Shown here: piece by piece, positions 1 to 9,537 of the stretch
Layout of the letters: every line of letters begins with the position of its first letter
How positions within the stretch are numbered: position 1 is the first letter of the stretch
NCBI GenBank assembly: GCA_963724765.1
Contig: CAVRVY010000004.1
Coordinates: 1,184,001 to 1,248,000, forward strand
Reading direction: 5' to 3'
Source of the DNA: an uncultured delta proteobacterium
GTDB taxonomy: Bacteria > Desulfobacterota > Binatia > Binatales > Binataceae
DNA length: 64,000 nt
Made by a program: the position numbers and the translations under genes
Notes under the pieces: generated by a model
Database searches by the model: none
Seen by the model: the letters and a program-made list of their open reading frames with translations, nothing else
Told to the model about the DNA's origin: nothing

Positions 1-147
1 GGGGTGGGTGTTTACCCGGTCGGCCCATTCTACGCGAAGCCGCCCAGGCGCACGGGCCTGTTGCTCGGCTATACTTCGCTCACGGCAAGGGAAATCGCGG
101 AAGGAATTCGACGGCTGGCGTCAGTGGTCGCCGCGATGAGCGGCTAG
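1..147 (+). CDS. C-terminal end (5' partial) of a MocR/GabR-type PLP-dependent GntR regulator
   Basis: Manual frame-1 translation GVGVYPVGPFYAKPPRRTGLLLGYTSLTAREIAEGIRRLASVVAAMSG* matches the typical MocR tail LxLGYxxLxxxEIxEGIRRL; not in the ORF track. Confidence 0.7.
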   Translation, partial: GVGVYPVGPFYAKPPRRTGLLLGYTSLTAREIAEGIRRLASVVAAMSG

Positions 148-255
148 ATGTGCCGATTAAATGCCATTGGAATAAATGCGATTGATTGATCGATCGCACG
201 ATTGAAGGGACTCGACCGTGCGGCCAGGAGCTAATAGAGTTACCCTTCTTCAGCA

Positions 256-1236
256 ATGAACCAGACAATCAAAGAACCGTTAGCGGAGAACTCGGCGATG
301 ATCGGCAAGTACATGCGCTACCCTTTCGCCGAGGGCAACTACAGTCTTGCGCTCGGCCTGGTGCCGATGGGCGAGGAGACCTGGCTCGACATCGACGAGC
401 ACTATGCCGATGAGATGCGCGAAAAGGCGCGCCGCCTGCGCGATGAATACGCGATGGTGTTCTGCGCGATGTCGGGCAGTGAGCGCGGCCAGGCCGAAGT
501 GCTGGAGATGCTGCTGGAGCATCTGGCCACCTATTATCCGAATTTGTTTCGCATCACGCGCGCCGCGGCTTCGCGGGGCGCGGACGACGGCATCGAGCCC
601 GACGCCCGCATCGAAAATCTTATCAATGGCGAAATCTGGCGCGTGGGCGACTTCAGCGCCGCGCCGCTCGACCTGGCCGGCCGCCTGGTTCAGGAAGACC
701 TCTGCCTCATGAGCCCTGACGGCAAGGGCACTTACGTGCTCAGCGCCGGCTCAGTCTGCTTTCCATTGCGCTGGGAGCTGACGGAAAAATTCGGGTTGCC
801 GATGGCCGGTATTCATCAGGCCGTTCCCGGCTACGATGAGAAGCTCGCGGCCCCGTCCGACCGCTACATGGTGGGACTCAAGGCGCACAAGCCCTCGTGG
901 CGGTCCAACTGGAGCATCGTCGACGCACCGGACCTCTATTTGAAGCAGCGCCGGTTCAGGCAGGACCGGAACAGCGAGATCACGGCCGTGAACGCCGGCC
1001 ACAAGCTGTGGATTAGATCGGAGCGGCAAAGCCTGCGAAGATTGCCGCGCTCGGGCGATGTGATTTTCACGATCCGAACGTACATTCGGCCACTGTCGGT
1101 GCTGGAGAGCCTTCCGTCCGTGGCGCGAGGCTTAGCTCAGGCGCTCGACAAACTTCCCGCCGAGATGCGCAGCTACAAGAATCAGCTTCCAATCCGCGAC
1201 GCCCTGCTCGCCTACCTAAGCCGTATCAGCGGCTGA
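256..1236 (+). CDS. DUF3445 protein, heme-dependent oxidative N-demethylase alpha-subunit family
   Basis: Motifs LVQEDLCLM, VCFPLRW, WRSNWSI, RSERQSLRRLPRSGDVIFTIRTY; start could be at 298 or 313. Confidence 0.8.
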   Translation: MNQTIKEPLAENSAMIGKYMRYPFAEGNYSLALGLVPMGEETWLDIDEHYADEMREKARRLRDEYAMVFCAMSGSERGQAEVLEMLLEHLATYYPNLFRITRAAASRGADDGIEPDARIENLINGEIWRVGDFSAAPLDLAGRLVQEDLCLMSPDGKGTYVLSAGSVCFPLRWELTEKFGLPMAGIHQAVPGYDEKLAAPSDRYMVGLKAHKPSWRSNWSIVDAPDLYLKQRRFRQDRNSEITAVNAGHKLWIRSERQSLRRLPRSGDVIFTIRTYIRPLSVLESLPSVARGLAQALDKLPAEMRSYKNQLPIRDALLAYLSRISG

Positions 1237-1253
1237 GCACTGCCCTGTATAAG

Positions 1254-1275
1254 CCTCTCCTTGTCCAAGGAGAGG
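1254..1275. terminator. Hairpin between convergent genes (terminator or REP-like)
   Basis: CCTCTCCTT-GTCC-AAGGAGAGG, perfect 9-bp stem, no U-tract. Confidence 0.4.
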
Positions 1276-1312
1276 TCGCCGGAAGGGACCGCGTCAGTTA
1301 TGTAGAGGTCTC

Positions 1313-1885
1313 TCAGTGCGGCCGCAGGACGGTTGGCGGCGGCGGCGCATCGGTAGTGTCCAGCGCACGCGCCGGGCGCTCTCCCATCACACCAGTCAGA
1401 TACAGGAACACGGTCCAGAAACTGCGCGACCAGGGAAAGCTCACGAACAGGCTGACCATCACGCAGGCTGAAATCACGGCGATTTCCACGATCTGCGGGA
1501 GTGTCGTGAAACCCAGCTCGAGCGCCGCCCACGCCACGATTGCGATGCCGGCGGCGCAGGCCCAATCGATCACGAACGCGCCGAGCCATTCGCCCTGGTC
1601 GACCCAGAAGACCGCATCGCATTGGCTGCATCGCGGATTCATCCTGAAGTAGGAAGCGAAGACCATGCCGCGGCCACATCGCGGACATCGTTTGCCGAAC
1701 GCTCGCCGAACCAGCGTCCATCCCGGCACGCGCGGCTCCACGTCTCCAGCCGCGGCGCGTTGCGCGGCGGCCTCGGCACTGTCCTCACGCGCCATCGCAA
1801 GGGCAAGGATGACGCCGAGCCCCGCCATCATCGCGATAATCCCGAGCGCCGCGATCATCGCGAATATCATCTGAAACTTGCTCAT
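1313..1885 (-). CDS. DUF983-family membrane protein with Zn-ribbon
   Basis: CPRCGRG..F..Y....CSQC followed by two TM helices; extra N-terminal hydrophobic helix; start MSKFQM chosen. Confidence 0.7.
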   Translation of the reverse strand: MSKFQMIFAMIAALGIIAMMAGLGVILALAMAREDSAEAAAQRAAAGDVEPRVPGWTLVRRAFGKRCPRCGRGMVFASYFRMNPRCSQCDAVFWVDQGEWLGAFVIDWACAAGIAIVAWAALELGFTTLPQIVEIAVISACVMVSLFVSFPWSRSFWTVFLYLTGVMGERPARALDTTDAPPPPTVLRPH

Positions 1886-1935
1886 AGCTGGCCCTGCTTC
1901 TTGCATCTTATCGCGTAGCGCTGCTGATGCTATCC

Positions 1936-2724
1936 ATGAAGGCGATGGCGCCCCGGCTTCACCAGTTCTATGCAATCGCCTTTGAAGAAAATCTGGCGCT
2001 CAGGCAACTCGCCCTGGTTTTTCCGCAAGCGAAGATTTCCCCACATGAGCTATACGCGCCGATCGAGCCGGAAGGCGGCATTTACGCCTTCCCCTTCGGC
2101 GCGGTGGTGGCCTACGACGTGCCGCCCGAGCGCCGCGAAGCCGAACTGGCGCGGCTCTTCCGCATGGGGCCGAAGCTTACCACGCAAGTGATTCGCGAAG
2201 ATTACTCGGTGCTCGAGGATCCCGGCTTCTCCACGGGGATCGTCGAGGGCACGCTCAGAGTCGACCGTCTCACCCCCGCGCGCGCCGGTATCGTTTCGCT
2301 AATCGTGGCGCAGAGCGCGGCAATGGAGTACTACGAGCGAATCGTTGACCGGCTTTCCACTCGCACCGGGAGCTTCGTCGAACGTCTGGAACGGCGCGGA
2401 ACGGTACCGTTGCGCACGCGCCGGCTCTATCGTTTCATCGGTGAGGCCATCTCGACCCGCAGCGAGGTGCTGCAGGTGCTCCATCTGTTGGACAAGCCCG
2501 ACGCGGCGTGGGACGACTCGGAGATGGATCGAATCTACGGCGACCTCAGAGCCGAATTCGACCTGGTCGACCGCTATCGGGCGCTGGAGCTCAAGCTGCG
2601 CGCCGTTCAGGAGGCACTGGAGCTACTGGCGGAAGTCGCGCGCGACCGGCGCGTGCTTTTGCTGGAGATAATCGTCGTCATCCTGATCCTCCTGGAGGTC
2701 GTGATGCCCCTGGTTCGGCTATAG
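1936..2724 (+). CDS. RMD1/DUF155 family protein
   Basis: FPFGAVV, AQSAAMEYYE, LLDKPDAAWD, EFDLVDR, C-terminal TM LEIIVVILILLE. Confidence 0.85.
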   Translation: MKAMAPRLHQFYAIAFEENLALRQLALVFPQAKISPHELYAPIEPEGGIYAFPFGAVVAYDVPPERREAELARLFRMGPKLTTQVIREDYSVLEDPGFSTGIVEGTLRVDRLTPARAGIVSLIVAQSAAMEYYERIVDRLSTRTGSFVERLERRGTVPLRTRRLYRFIGEAISTRSEVLQVLHLLDKPDAAWDDSEMDRIYGDLRAEFDLVDRYRALELKLRAVQEALELLAEVARDRRVLLLEIIVVILILLEVVMPLVRL

Positions 2725-2830
2725 ATGACCGTCATCTGGTATTTTTTGCGCATTTGTGACAAATGCGTCCTTCGACAGACGCTCGCAAGGTGTCACATCC
2801 GCAAGGTATCAATCCGATCGAGGTGCTCTT

Positions 2831-3862
2831 ATGCCAACCGATACGCAAAATCCGCGACTGCGCTTTGGCCTCTGGGTCGATTTCCGTAATCCGCCCCAGT
2901 GGCGCCGTCCTTATAAGGACCTTTACGCGGAGACGCTGGAAATGATCGCCTGGGCCGAGAGTATCGGCTACCACGACGTCTGGCTGAGCGAGCATCACTT
3001 CGTTGACGACGGCTACTCGCCTGCGCAGATGCCGATCGCGGCGGCGATTGCGGTCAAGACGAAAAAAATCAGGATCGGCACCTCGGTCGTGCTGCTGCCA
3101 ATGTACGATCCGGTGCGGCTGGCGGAGGATGGCGCGACCGTGGACATCCTTTCGGACGGCCGCTTCGAGCTCGGTGCAGGCCTGGGCTACCGGGCCGGGG
3201 AGTTCGAGGGACTGGGACTGAAATACAAGGAGCGCGCCGGACGGATGAACGAGGCGCTCGAGATCATTCGCCGGCTGTGGGAGGGCGAAACGCTCACTTT
3301 TCACGGCAAGCACTTCCATATTGAAGGAGCACGGGTCTCGCCCGAACCGGTGCAGAAGCCACGCCCTCCGATTTGGGTCGGTGGCTTTGCGGCGGCGGCG
3401 ACCCGGCGCGCGGCGCGCTACGGCGACGGTTTTATCGCGATCAATGAAGTGCGGGCCTCCTACGACAATTACGTGGCCGAGTTGCGCGCGCTGGGCAAAG
3501 ATCCCGCCAAGGCCCACGTCATCGCCGGGCACGTCTGGCTGGTGGTGGCGAACGATCCCGACAAGACCTGGCGCGAACTCGCGCCGCACGTGCTCTATCA
3601 GATCAATCTCTACGCCAAGTGGATGGGTGATTCGGGACAGGACTTCTTTCCGCACCTGAGTTCGGTGGAAGAGCTGCGCAAAAGCGGCTTGCTCAACGTG
3701 GCCACCCCCGCGCAGGCGGTTGAGCTGATTCGCGACTATGCCTCGCGCATCCCGATCGAGCGCTACTACACCTGGACTTGTCCGCCGGGTTATCCGCCGA
3801 AAAAGATGTACGAGCACCTGGAGCTGTTCGCGAGCAAGGTGATGCCGCATTTTCGCGGCTGA
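2831..3862 (+). CDS. LLM-class flavin-dependent oxidoreductase
   Basis: WLSEHHF, PVRLAEDGATVDILSDGRFELGAGLGY, PEPVQKPRPPIWVGG. Confidence 0.9.
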   Translation: MPTDTQNPRLRFGLWVDFRNPPQWRRPYKDLYAETLEMIAWAESIGYHDVWLSEHHFVDDGYSPAQMPIAAAIAVKTKKIRIGTSVVLLPMYDPVRLAEDGATVDILSDGRFELGAGLGYRAGEFEGLGLKYKERAGRMNEALEIIRRLWEGETLTFHGKHFHIEGARVSPEPVQKPRPPIWVGGFAAAATRRAARYGDGFIAINEVRASYDNYVAELRALGKDPAKAHVIAGHVWLVVANDPDKTWRELAPHVLYQINLYAKWMGDSGQDFFPHLSSVEELRKSGLLNVATPAQAVELIRDYASRIPIERYYTWTCPPGYPPKKMYEHLELFASKVMPHFRG

Positions 3863-3900
3863 CGATAAGACCGTCGCGTGATCGCCGGCGGCCGGCCCGT

Positions 3901-4884
3901 CTAAGCGGCGCCGCGCGTTCGCCGGCGGAGAGTTCGAATCGCGCTGGCGAGCTGCTCGCGCTGCCCGGTCCGCTCGATGCGGTTGAGCAGGCTCAGAACC
4001 CGGCGCGGCTCACCAAGGTCGCTCCATTCGAGATTGCTCACCGCAAGCACGGCCAGCGTTTCAGGCGCACGGGCCAGCACGCGTTGGGAAAACTCGATCC
4101 GCGGCAGGTCGCGATAGAGCGATTCGATAGTCCGCCCCTCGAACATCGTGCCCAGCACGGGCCTTACGCTGTGAAAGGCGCCATGCAGCCAAGGCAACGT
4201 TTTCAGAATCAGGCTCAGCAGCGCCGAGACCTTGGCCACCAGGATGAAGCTGTTCCTGTGCGCACCGGCATTCCAGATCGCGCGCGTGGTTTCGGCGGGC
4301 GGTTTTTCCCAGAAACGGCGCACCTCAAATAGCCGTGCCGCCTCGTTGATTATTGGCGCTCCAAGCTCGAACCAGCCATAGCCAGATTCCGGCCGCTCGG
4401 CCGCGACTCCCAGAGCCACCGTGTGCTCCGGAAACTCAGAGACCAGTGCGAAAGCATGCTCCACGTTGCGCATCAACTCCGCGTCGTCGCTGAACCAGTG
4501 GTCGGAGGGGAACACGGCGACCGAGGCCGTGGGATCCGTTTCCGCCAGGCAAAACGCGCCATAGGCGATCGCGGTGGCAGTGCCGCGGTTTTCGGGCTGA
4601 ACCATAAAGTTACGATGCAGGTTGTGATACGGAAGTTCCGCCATCATCGGCGAGAAAAATCGCTCATGCGAGCGGGTCACCACGGTCAGGGTTTGGTCAG
4701 GATTAACCGCCAGGGCGACGCGACGGAGCGTCATTTGCAGCAGAGTTTCCCGCTCCAGGAGCGGGCAGAACTGCTTGGGCACATCATAGCCCAGCCGGCG
4801 GGTCAACGTGCGCAGACGCTGGCCTTCACCTCCGGCCAGAACGATCGCCCATCGATTTTGATTTTGCGTGTCCAGCGTGTCCAT
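3901..4884 (-). CDS. Mannose-1-phosphate guanylyltransferase-like nucleotidyltransferase lacking the cupin domain
   Basis: IVLAGGEGQRL, PKQF, QPENRGTA, FPSDH, YGW, FWEKP, WSDLG. Confidence 0.85.
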   Translation of the reverse strand: MDTLDTQNQNRWAIVLAGGEGQRLRTLTRRLGYDVPKQFCPLLERETLLQMTLRRVALAVNPDQTLTVVTRSHERFFSPMMAELPYHNLHRNFMVQPENRGTATAIAYGAFCLAETDPTASVAVFPSDHWFSDDAELMRNVEHAFALVSEFPEHTVALGVAAERPESGYGWFELGAPIINEAARLFEVRRFWEKPPAETTRAIWNAGAHRNSFILVAKVSALLSLILKTLPWLHGAFHSVRPVLGTMFEGRTIESLYRDLPRIEFSQRVLARAPETLAVLAVSNLEWSDLGEPRRVLSLLNRIERTGQREQLASAIRTLRRRTRGAA

Positions 4885-4932
4885 CTCGATTATGCACACT
4901 ACTGCGTCGCGAGAACGAAGTAGCGCGCAGCG

Positions 4933-4972
4933 ATTACGCTGTGATGAATGATTGATTAATCAATTTTGACGG
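4933..4972 (-). promoter_or_regulatory. Four 11-bp-phased Pho-box/OmpR-like repeats upstream of the nucleotidyltransferase
   Basis: Minus strand CCGTCAA-aatt-GATTAAT-caat-CATTCAT-caca-GCGTAAT, an AT-rich patch in GC-rich DNA. Confidence 0.45.
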
Positions 4973-5019
4973 ATAGGGCTTGACGGATCGCTGCGTCTTT
5001 AGGCTGGGGCAGCGACGCC

Positions 5020-5478
5020 CTATCGCTGCGGCAACAACGCGATCGCGCGCATCAGCAAATCGCGTGTGCTGAAAGGCTTGGTCACGTAATCATCCGCCCC
5101 CATCGCGAGGCCCAGCGCCTTTTCGGAAGCGCTCGACTTGGCGCTAACGACCATGATTGGCAGCCGTGCGGTTTCCGCCCGCGAGCGCAGCCGCCGGCAA
5201 ATCTCGAGTCCCGGCATCCCGGGCAGCATCAGGTCCAGCACGATCAGGTCGGGCGCGAACGCATGCAGTTTCTCGAGCGCCTCAGCCCCGTCACTCGCCT
5301 CTTCCACTTCGAGTCCTGCCTGCGCGAGGCTGTAGCGAATCAGTTCCCGGATATCGGCCTCATCCTCGACCAGCAGGACCCTGGCTCGAGCGGCCGCCAC
5401 CGCTTGCGCTTTTTCCTCCACCACTGCCGCTGCCTCCGCTCTGTCCGCGAAACTGCCGGAGCGTCTTCGGTAACTCAT
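5020..5478 (-). CDS. Stand-alone response regulator receiver domain (PhoB-like)
   Basis: VLLVEDE, DLIVLDLMLPGMPG, GADDYVTKPFS; ends without a DNA-binding domain. Confidence 0.85.
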   Translation of the reverse strand: MSYRRRSGSFADRAEAAAVVEEKAQAVAAARARVLLVEDEADIRELIRYSLAQAGLEVEEASDGAEALEKLHAFAPDLIVLDLMLPGMPGLEICRRLRSRAETARLPIMVVSAKSSASEKALGLAMGADDYVTKPFSTRDLLMRAIALLPQR

Positions 5479-5570
5479 TAGTCAGACAAGTCCGAACCTG
5501 TCGGACCCTCCTGTCGGACTTACTGCCTATTTGAGCCAAACATCGATCGATGATCGGAGTATTCCGGCGG

Positions 5571-5599
5571 TATTAATGAACGATTAAACCTCAATTCAA
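5571..5599 (+). promoter_or_regulatory. Three 11-bp-phased Pho-box-like repeats upstream of the CYTH-like gene
   Basis: TATTAAT-gaac-GATTAAA-cctc-AATTCAA. Confidence 0.4.
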
Positions 5600-5667
5600 A
5601 CAGGAGGTTCCTCGCGCGCTGGCGAACGCTAAAGCTGTGGGTAACAATTGCTCCGGAGAGACCGACG

Positions 5668-6285
5668 ATGCCGTTTTCCCAATCAAAGACTGCGGGCGAG
5701 GCCACCGGGCCTCGCTATGAATTCAGGATCTGGACTGCGTCGCTCGCGGAAGTGAAAGGGCGGCTGGAAAAACTCTCAAGGCCGCAGCCAGCCGAGCAAA
5801 CACGTGAGACTTACATCGTCTCGGACGCGACCGATGACACGAACACAAAAATCAGGGCCGGGGCGATCGATATCAAGGTCCTGCTGCGCACGCATCTGAA
5901 TCTGGAGCAATGGAAGCCCTATCTGAAGACGGAATTTCCGATCGACACGACGCTCATCGCGGAAAAGATCTTCCCGGCCCTACGCGTCGATCCGCCAGAA
6001 TTGCGCCCGCAGCTTTTCACTGCCGAAGTCTTCGTGGATACCGTGGTGAAACAGCATCCCCGGCTCGCCGCGGTTGAGCTCGGAAAGGTCAGGCGCCGCT
6101 ACGTGCTCGGCGGATGCGCGGGGGAGTTCGTCGAAGTCGAAATTGGCGGCCGCGTGATGCACAGCGTCGCGGTCGAGTCCGCCAGTCCGCGCGCCGTCCT
6201 GGACGCCGTAGACGAACTGGCGATTGGCGGCTACCCGAACATCAGCTACGTGCGGCAGATCAAATCTATCCTCGGACGCGGCTAG
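5668..6285 (+). CDS. Hypothetical protein, probable CYTH/triphosphate-tunnel-like domain
   Basis: RYEFR, ETYIVS, NTKIR...DIKVL, KVRRRY, VAVES pattern of basic and acidic beta-strand motifs. Confidence 0.55.
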   Translation: MPFSQSKTAGEATGPRYEFRIWTASLAEVKGRLEKLSRPQPAEQTRETYIVSDATDDTNTKIRAGAIDIKVLLRTHLNLEQWKPYLKTEFPIDTTLIAEKIFPALRVDPPELRPQLFTAEVFVDTVVKQHPRLAAVELGKVRRRYVLGGCAGEFVEVEIGGRVMHSVAVESASPRAVLDAVDELAIGGYPNISYVRQIKSILGRG

Positions 6286-6291
6286 CGCGCG

Positions 6292-7677
6292 TTATTCTAC
6301 CGGCGGACGTTGATCGCGCCACGGCCGCGCCTCCTCGAAGGCCGCGGCGAGCGCGATAATGCCGAGTTCGCCGGCGGGCCGGCCTATTATCTGCAACCCG
6401 ATCGGCAACCCCGACCTGGTAAACCCGTTGGGCAGCGAGAAGGCCGGTTGGCCGGTGGCGTTGAACGGAAACGTGAACTGGATAAACGGGTAGAGTTGTT
6501 CGTCGAACTTTTCGGTCGGCAGGCCGAGCCGGGGCGCCGCACTGGGCAACGTCGGCGCGAGGATCGCGTCGTAGGGCGCCAAAGCCTGCACGATCTCGCG
6601 CGAGGTGTTGTGCATCCGTGCCACCGCTCCCAGGTAGTCGGTGGCGGAAAGACGTTTGCCGGCCTCCCACGCCCGGCGCACCACCGGGTCCATCGCGTCG
6701 GGCTCCTTGATCGGCACCGTCGCGATGCCAGCGCTGATCGCGATACGCGTGTAGTCGGCCAGGCGCTTAGCCGGATCGACGTCGACCGGATCGACGCTGT
6801 GGCCCATCGCGCGAAAGACTTCGCAGGCGCGATCCAGCGCGGCGCGAATCTCGGCGTCAACCGGGCCGAGCGCGCTTTCCGCGATCAGTCCGAGCCGCAG
6901 CCGCTGTGGCCGATCCGTCACGGCGCTCACGAAGGGTTTGGCTGGCGGCGGCGCCCAGTAAGGATCGCCCAGCGCCGGACCAGCCATCACGTCGAGCATC
7001 AACGCTATGTCGCGCACCGAACGCGCGATCGGTCCCTCGGTCGCAAACCCGGCCCATCCCTCGCCCATCACCGGAGCAAAGCTGATACGTCCGCGCGAGG
7101 GCTTCAGCCCGACCACGCCACAGCACGCCGCCGGTATGCGAATCGAGCCGCCGCCGTCTGTGCCTTCGGCCAGCGGACCCATCCCGGCCGCGACCTGCGC
7201 CGCGGCGCCGCCGCTGGAGCCGCCGGCGCTATATTCGAGGTTCCACGGATTGTGCGCCGGCGGGCAGAGGCCGCCCTCGGTGGTCGGACGGCCGCCGAGT
7301 TCGGGCGTGGTGGTTTTGCCGAGCAGGATTCCGCCCGCGTTGCGCAAGCGCACTGCTAACTCGGCGTCTGCACGCGGGCGAAAGTTCTCGTAGTTCTTCG
7401 AGCCCATCGTGGTGCGGATGTCGCGCGTCCAGGTCAGATCCTTGAGCGAGTAGGCGACGCCATAAAGCGGCATCGCGGCGGCTTCGTCGGCGCTCGCACT
7501 CTCCAGGCGTGCCGCGTCGGCGAGCGCGCGCTCGGCGGCGACGGTCATGAAGGCGCCGAGTTTGGGATTGAGCCGTTCGATTCGAGCCAGATAGAATTCC
7601 GCAACCTCGCGCGGGCGAAGCTCTTTTTTGAGCACCAGTTCACGCAACTCCGAGGCTTCGATATACGCGTCAATCAT
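6292..7677 (-). CDS. Amidase-signature family amidase
   Basis: SLKDL, GKTTTPE, GGSSGGAAA, GTDGGGSIRIPA. Confidence 0.9.
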   Translation of the reverse strand: MIDAYIEASELRELVLKKELRPREVAEFYLARIERLNPKLGAFMTVAAERALADAARLESASADEAAAMPLYGVAYSLKDLTWTRDIRTTMGSKNYENFRPRADAELAVRLRNAGGILLGKTTTPELGGRPTTEGGLCPPAHNPWNLEYSAGGSSGGAAAQVAAGMGPLAEGTDGGGSIRIPAACCGVVGLKPSRGRISFAPVMGEGWAGFATEGPIARSVRDIALMLDVMAGPALGDPYWAPPPAKPFVSAVTDRPQRLRLGLIAESALGPVDAEIRAALDRACEVFRAMGHSVDPVDVDPAKRLADYTRIAISAGIATVPIKEPDAMDPVVRRAWEAGKRLSATDYLGAVARMHNTSREIVQALAPYDAILAPTLPSAAPRLGLPTEKFDEQLYPFIQFTFPFNATGQPAFSLPNGFTRSGLPIGLQIIGRPAGELGIIALAAAFEEARPWRDQRPPVE

Positions 7678-7929
7678 CTTTCACATTCCTCTTTCCAGCA
7701 ACATTTCCGGCGCGGCTCCGATATCGCCGCTTTGGGGATTGGAAAGCGAACCGCGCACCGACTAACGAGACCGTTCAAGCCGCGCTCTTTATTCTTGTGT
7801 TAGTGCAAAATCCCGATTTCAACAATACTCGCGCCTTCGCTAGTGTGAGATGCGACGCAGACGCTGCGCGAAACGCTTACGCGCGAAGCCTACGGAGGTA
7901 GGGCCGGCGTGCGCACCGGCCGGCCGACG

Positions 7930-8382
7930 ATGCTCAGAACCACCTTCTTATGGATTCACGTGCTCTGCGGCGCAATCTGGGTCGCCGTCAGCTTGAGCTT
8001 CGTGCTGGCCGCCGGCGCTTCCACCGAGACCGAGCACGAGGGGTTCGCCGCGCGCGTCGCGCCGGTGCTCAATCGGCTGAACCTGGCCGCGATCGTGCTT
8101 CTGCCGCTAAGCGGAATCGCGAACCTTATCTTTGTCGCACGCGAGCATCAGTTCAAACTTCCCGCAGCCTTCGTGGAGGTGTTGGGCGCGAAATTGCTGC
8201 TGCTGTGCGGGATGGCGGCCGCGTTGGCGATCGCATGGGGAACGGCGGCGAGGCTTGGCTCGGGCGCGCCGCCTGGCGCATCGAACGCCAGCGAACGGCG
8301 GCTCTTGTGGCTTTACGGCGCGATGGCCGCGATGGGCGCGGTCGCGCTGATGCTCGGTTTGTGGCTGGCGGGAAGCGCGTGA
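7930..8382 (+). CDS. CopD-like 4-TM membrane protein
   Basis: WIHVLCGAIWV, SGIANL, LGAKLLLL; stop abuts the next ATG. Confidence 0.55.
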   Translation: MLRTTFLWIHVLCGAIWVAVSLSFVLAAGASTETEHEGFAARVAPVLNRLNLAAIVLLPLSGIANLIFVAREHQFKLPAAFVEVLGAKLLLLCGMAAALAIAWGTAARLGSGAPPGASNASERRLLWLYGAMAAMGAVALMLGLWLAGSA

Positions 8383-9282
8383 ATGGAGATAGCGAAAGTG
8401 TCAGTGAAAAAAATCAACGTCGGCGAATTCGAGATCGCGATGCTCAGCGATGGTCTGTGGCGCAACGACGGCGGATGCATGTTCGGCGTGGTGCCGCGCG
8501 AGCTATGGCAGCGCGACCATCCTGCCGACGACCGCAACCGCATCCGACTCAACCTCACGTGCCCGCTCATCATGCGCGGCGGCGCCGCGGTGCTGGTCGA
8601 CACCGGAATTGGCAACCGGCTGAGTTCGGTCGAGCGCAAGATTTTCGATCACGGCGAGGGCTGGCTTCCCGAGGGGCTCAAGGCGCTCGGGATGGAGCCG
8701 GGTGACGTGACGCACGTCGTGCTCTCGCATCTGCACTTCGACCACTGCGGGGGGATCGTGCGGCGGCGGCCGTCGGGCGTGCTGGAGGCGGCGTTCCCGC
8801 GGGCCAGGGTGATGGTGCAGCGGGGCGAACTGGAAATCGCTCACGGATCGCGCAATGAACGATTGCGGGCCGCGTATCGTCACATAGAGGAGTGTCTTGC
8901 GCCGCTGCAAAATGCGTTGGAAGCGCTTGAGGGCGACACCGAGTTGATGTCGGGATTGGACATCCGGGTGACCGGCGGCCACACCTCCGATCATCAAATT
9001 GTGCAAGTGCGCGCCGAAGACGGCGGATGCTTCGTGCATCTGGCGGACATCGTGCCAACCCGCTCGCACATGAAAGGTCCGTGGAACCAGGCTTACGATC
9101 TCGATGCGCTGCGCACGATGGAGGTCAAGGCGGACTATCTGGGGCGCGCGGTCGCGGGCGGATGGTGGGTGTCGTTCGCGCACGACGATCGAGTGCTGGC
9201 GGCGCAAGTGCGCAACGATCGTGGACGGCTCGCGCTGGGTGAGTCGATCCCGATGCCGTCGCTGGAGCGGGGGCGAGAGTAA
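8383..9282 (+). CDS. MBL-fold metallo-hydrolase (YtnP-like)
   Basis: DGGCMFGVVPR, VLVDTGIG, SHLHFDHCGG, GGHT, FAHD. Confidence 0.85.
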   Translation: MEIAKVSVKKINVGEFEIAMLSDGLWRNDGGCMFGVVPRELWQRDHPADDRNRIRLNLTCPLIMRGGAAVLVDTGIGNRLSSVERKIFDHGEGWLPEGLKALGMEPGDVTHVVLSHLHFDHCGGIVRRRPSGVLEAAFPRARVMVQRGELEIAHGSRNERLRAAYRHIEECLAPLQNALEALEGDTELMSGLDIRVTGGHTSDHQIVQVRAEDGGCFVHLADIVPTRSHMKGPWNQAYDLDALRTMEVKADYLGRAVAGGWWVSFAHDDRVLAAQVRNDRGRLALGESIPMPSLERGRE

Positions 9283-9537
9283 GGCAAAGGTTGATATTTT
9301 CGAGGCGAAGTGCGGCCTTTGTGAGAGGCTATCGCATCGTCGCGTTACAGTGGATAATCTTATTGTTGTGGACAACTGGCTTCGCGAGGTGGATTTAGGC
9401 GAGGCTGCGCATTGATCGCGTCGCGAGTTCGGTTATGCTCAATCGCATAGGATGCGCATCAACCAAAGAATCGTCCTGCCCGTTTTCTCTTCGAACGAAC
9501 ATTCTCCCTAGGTGTCTGCTCAACAAGGAGTCTGCTG

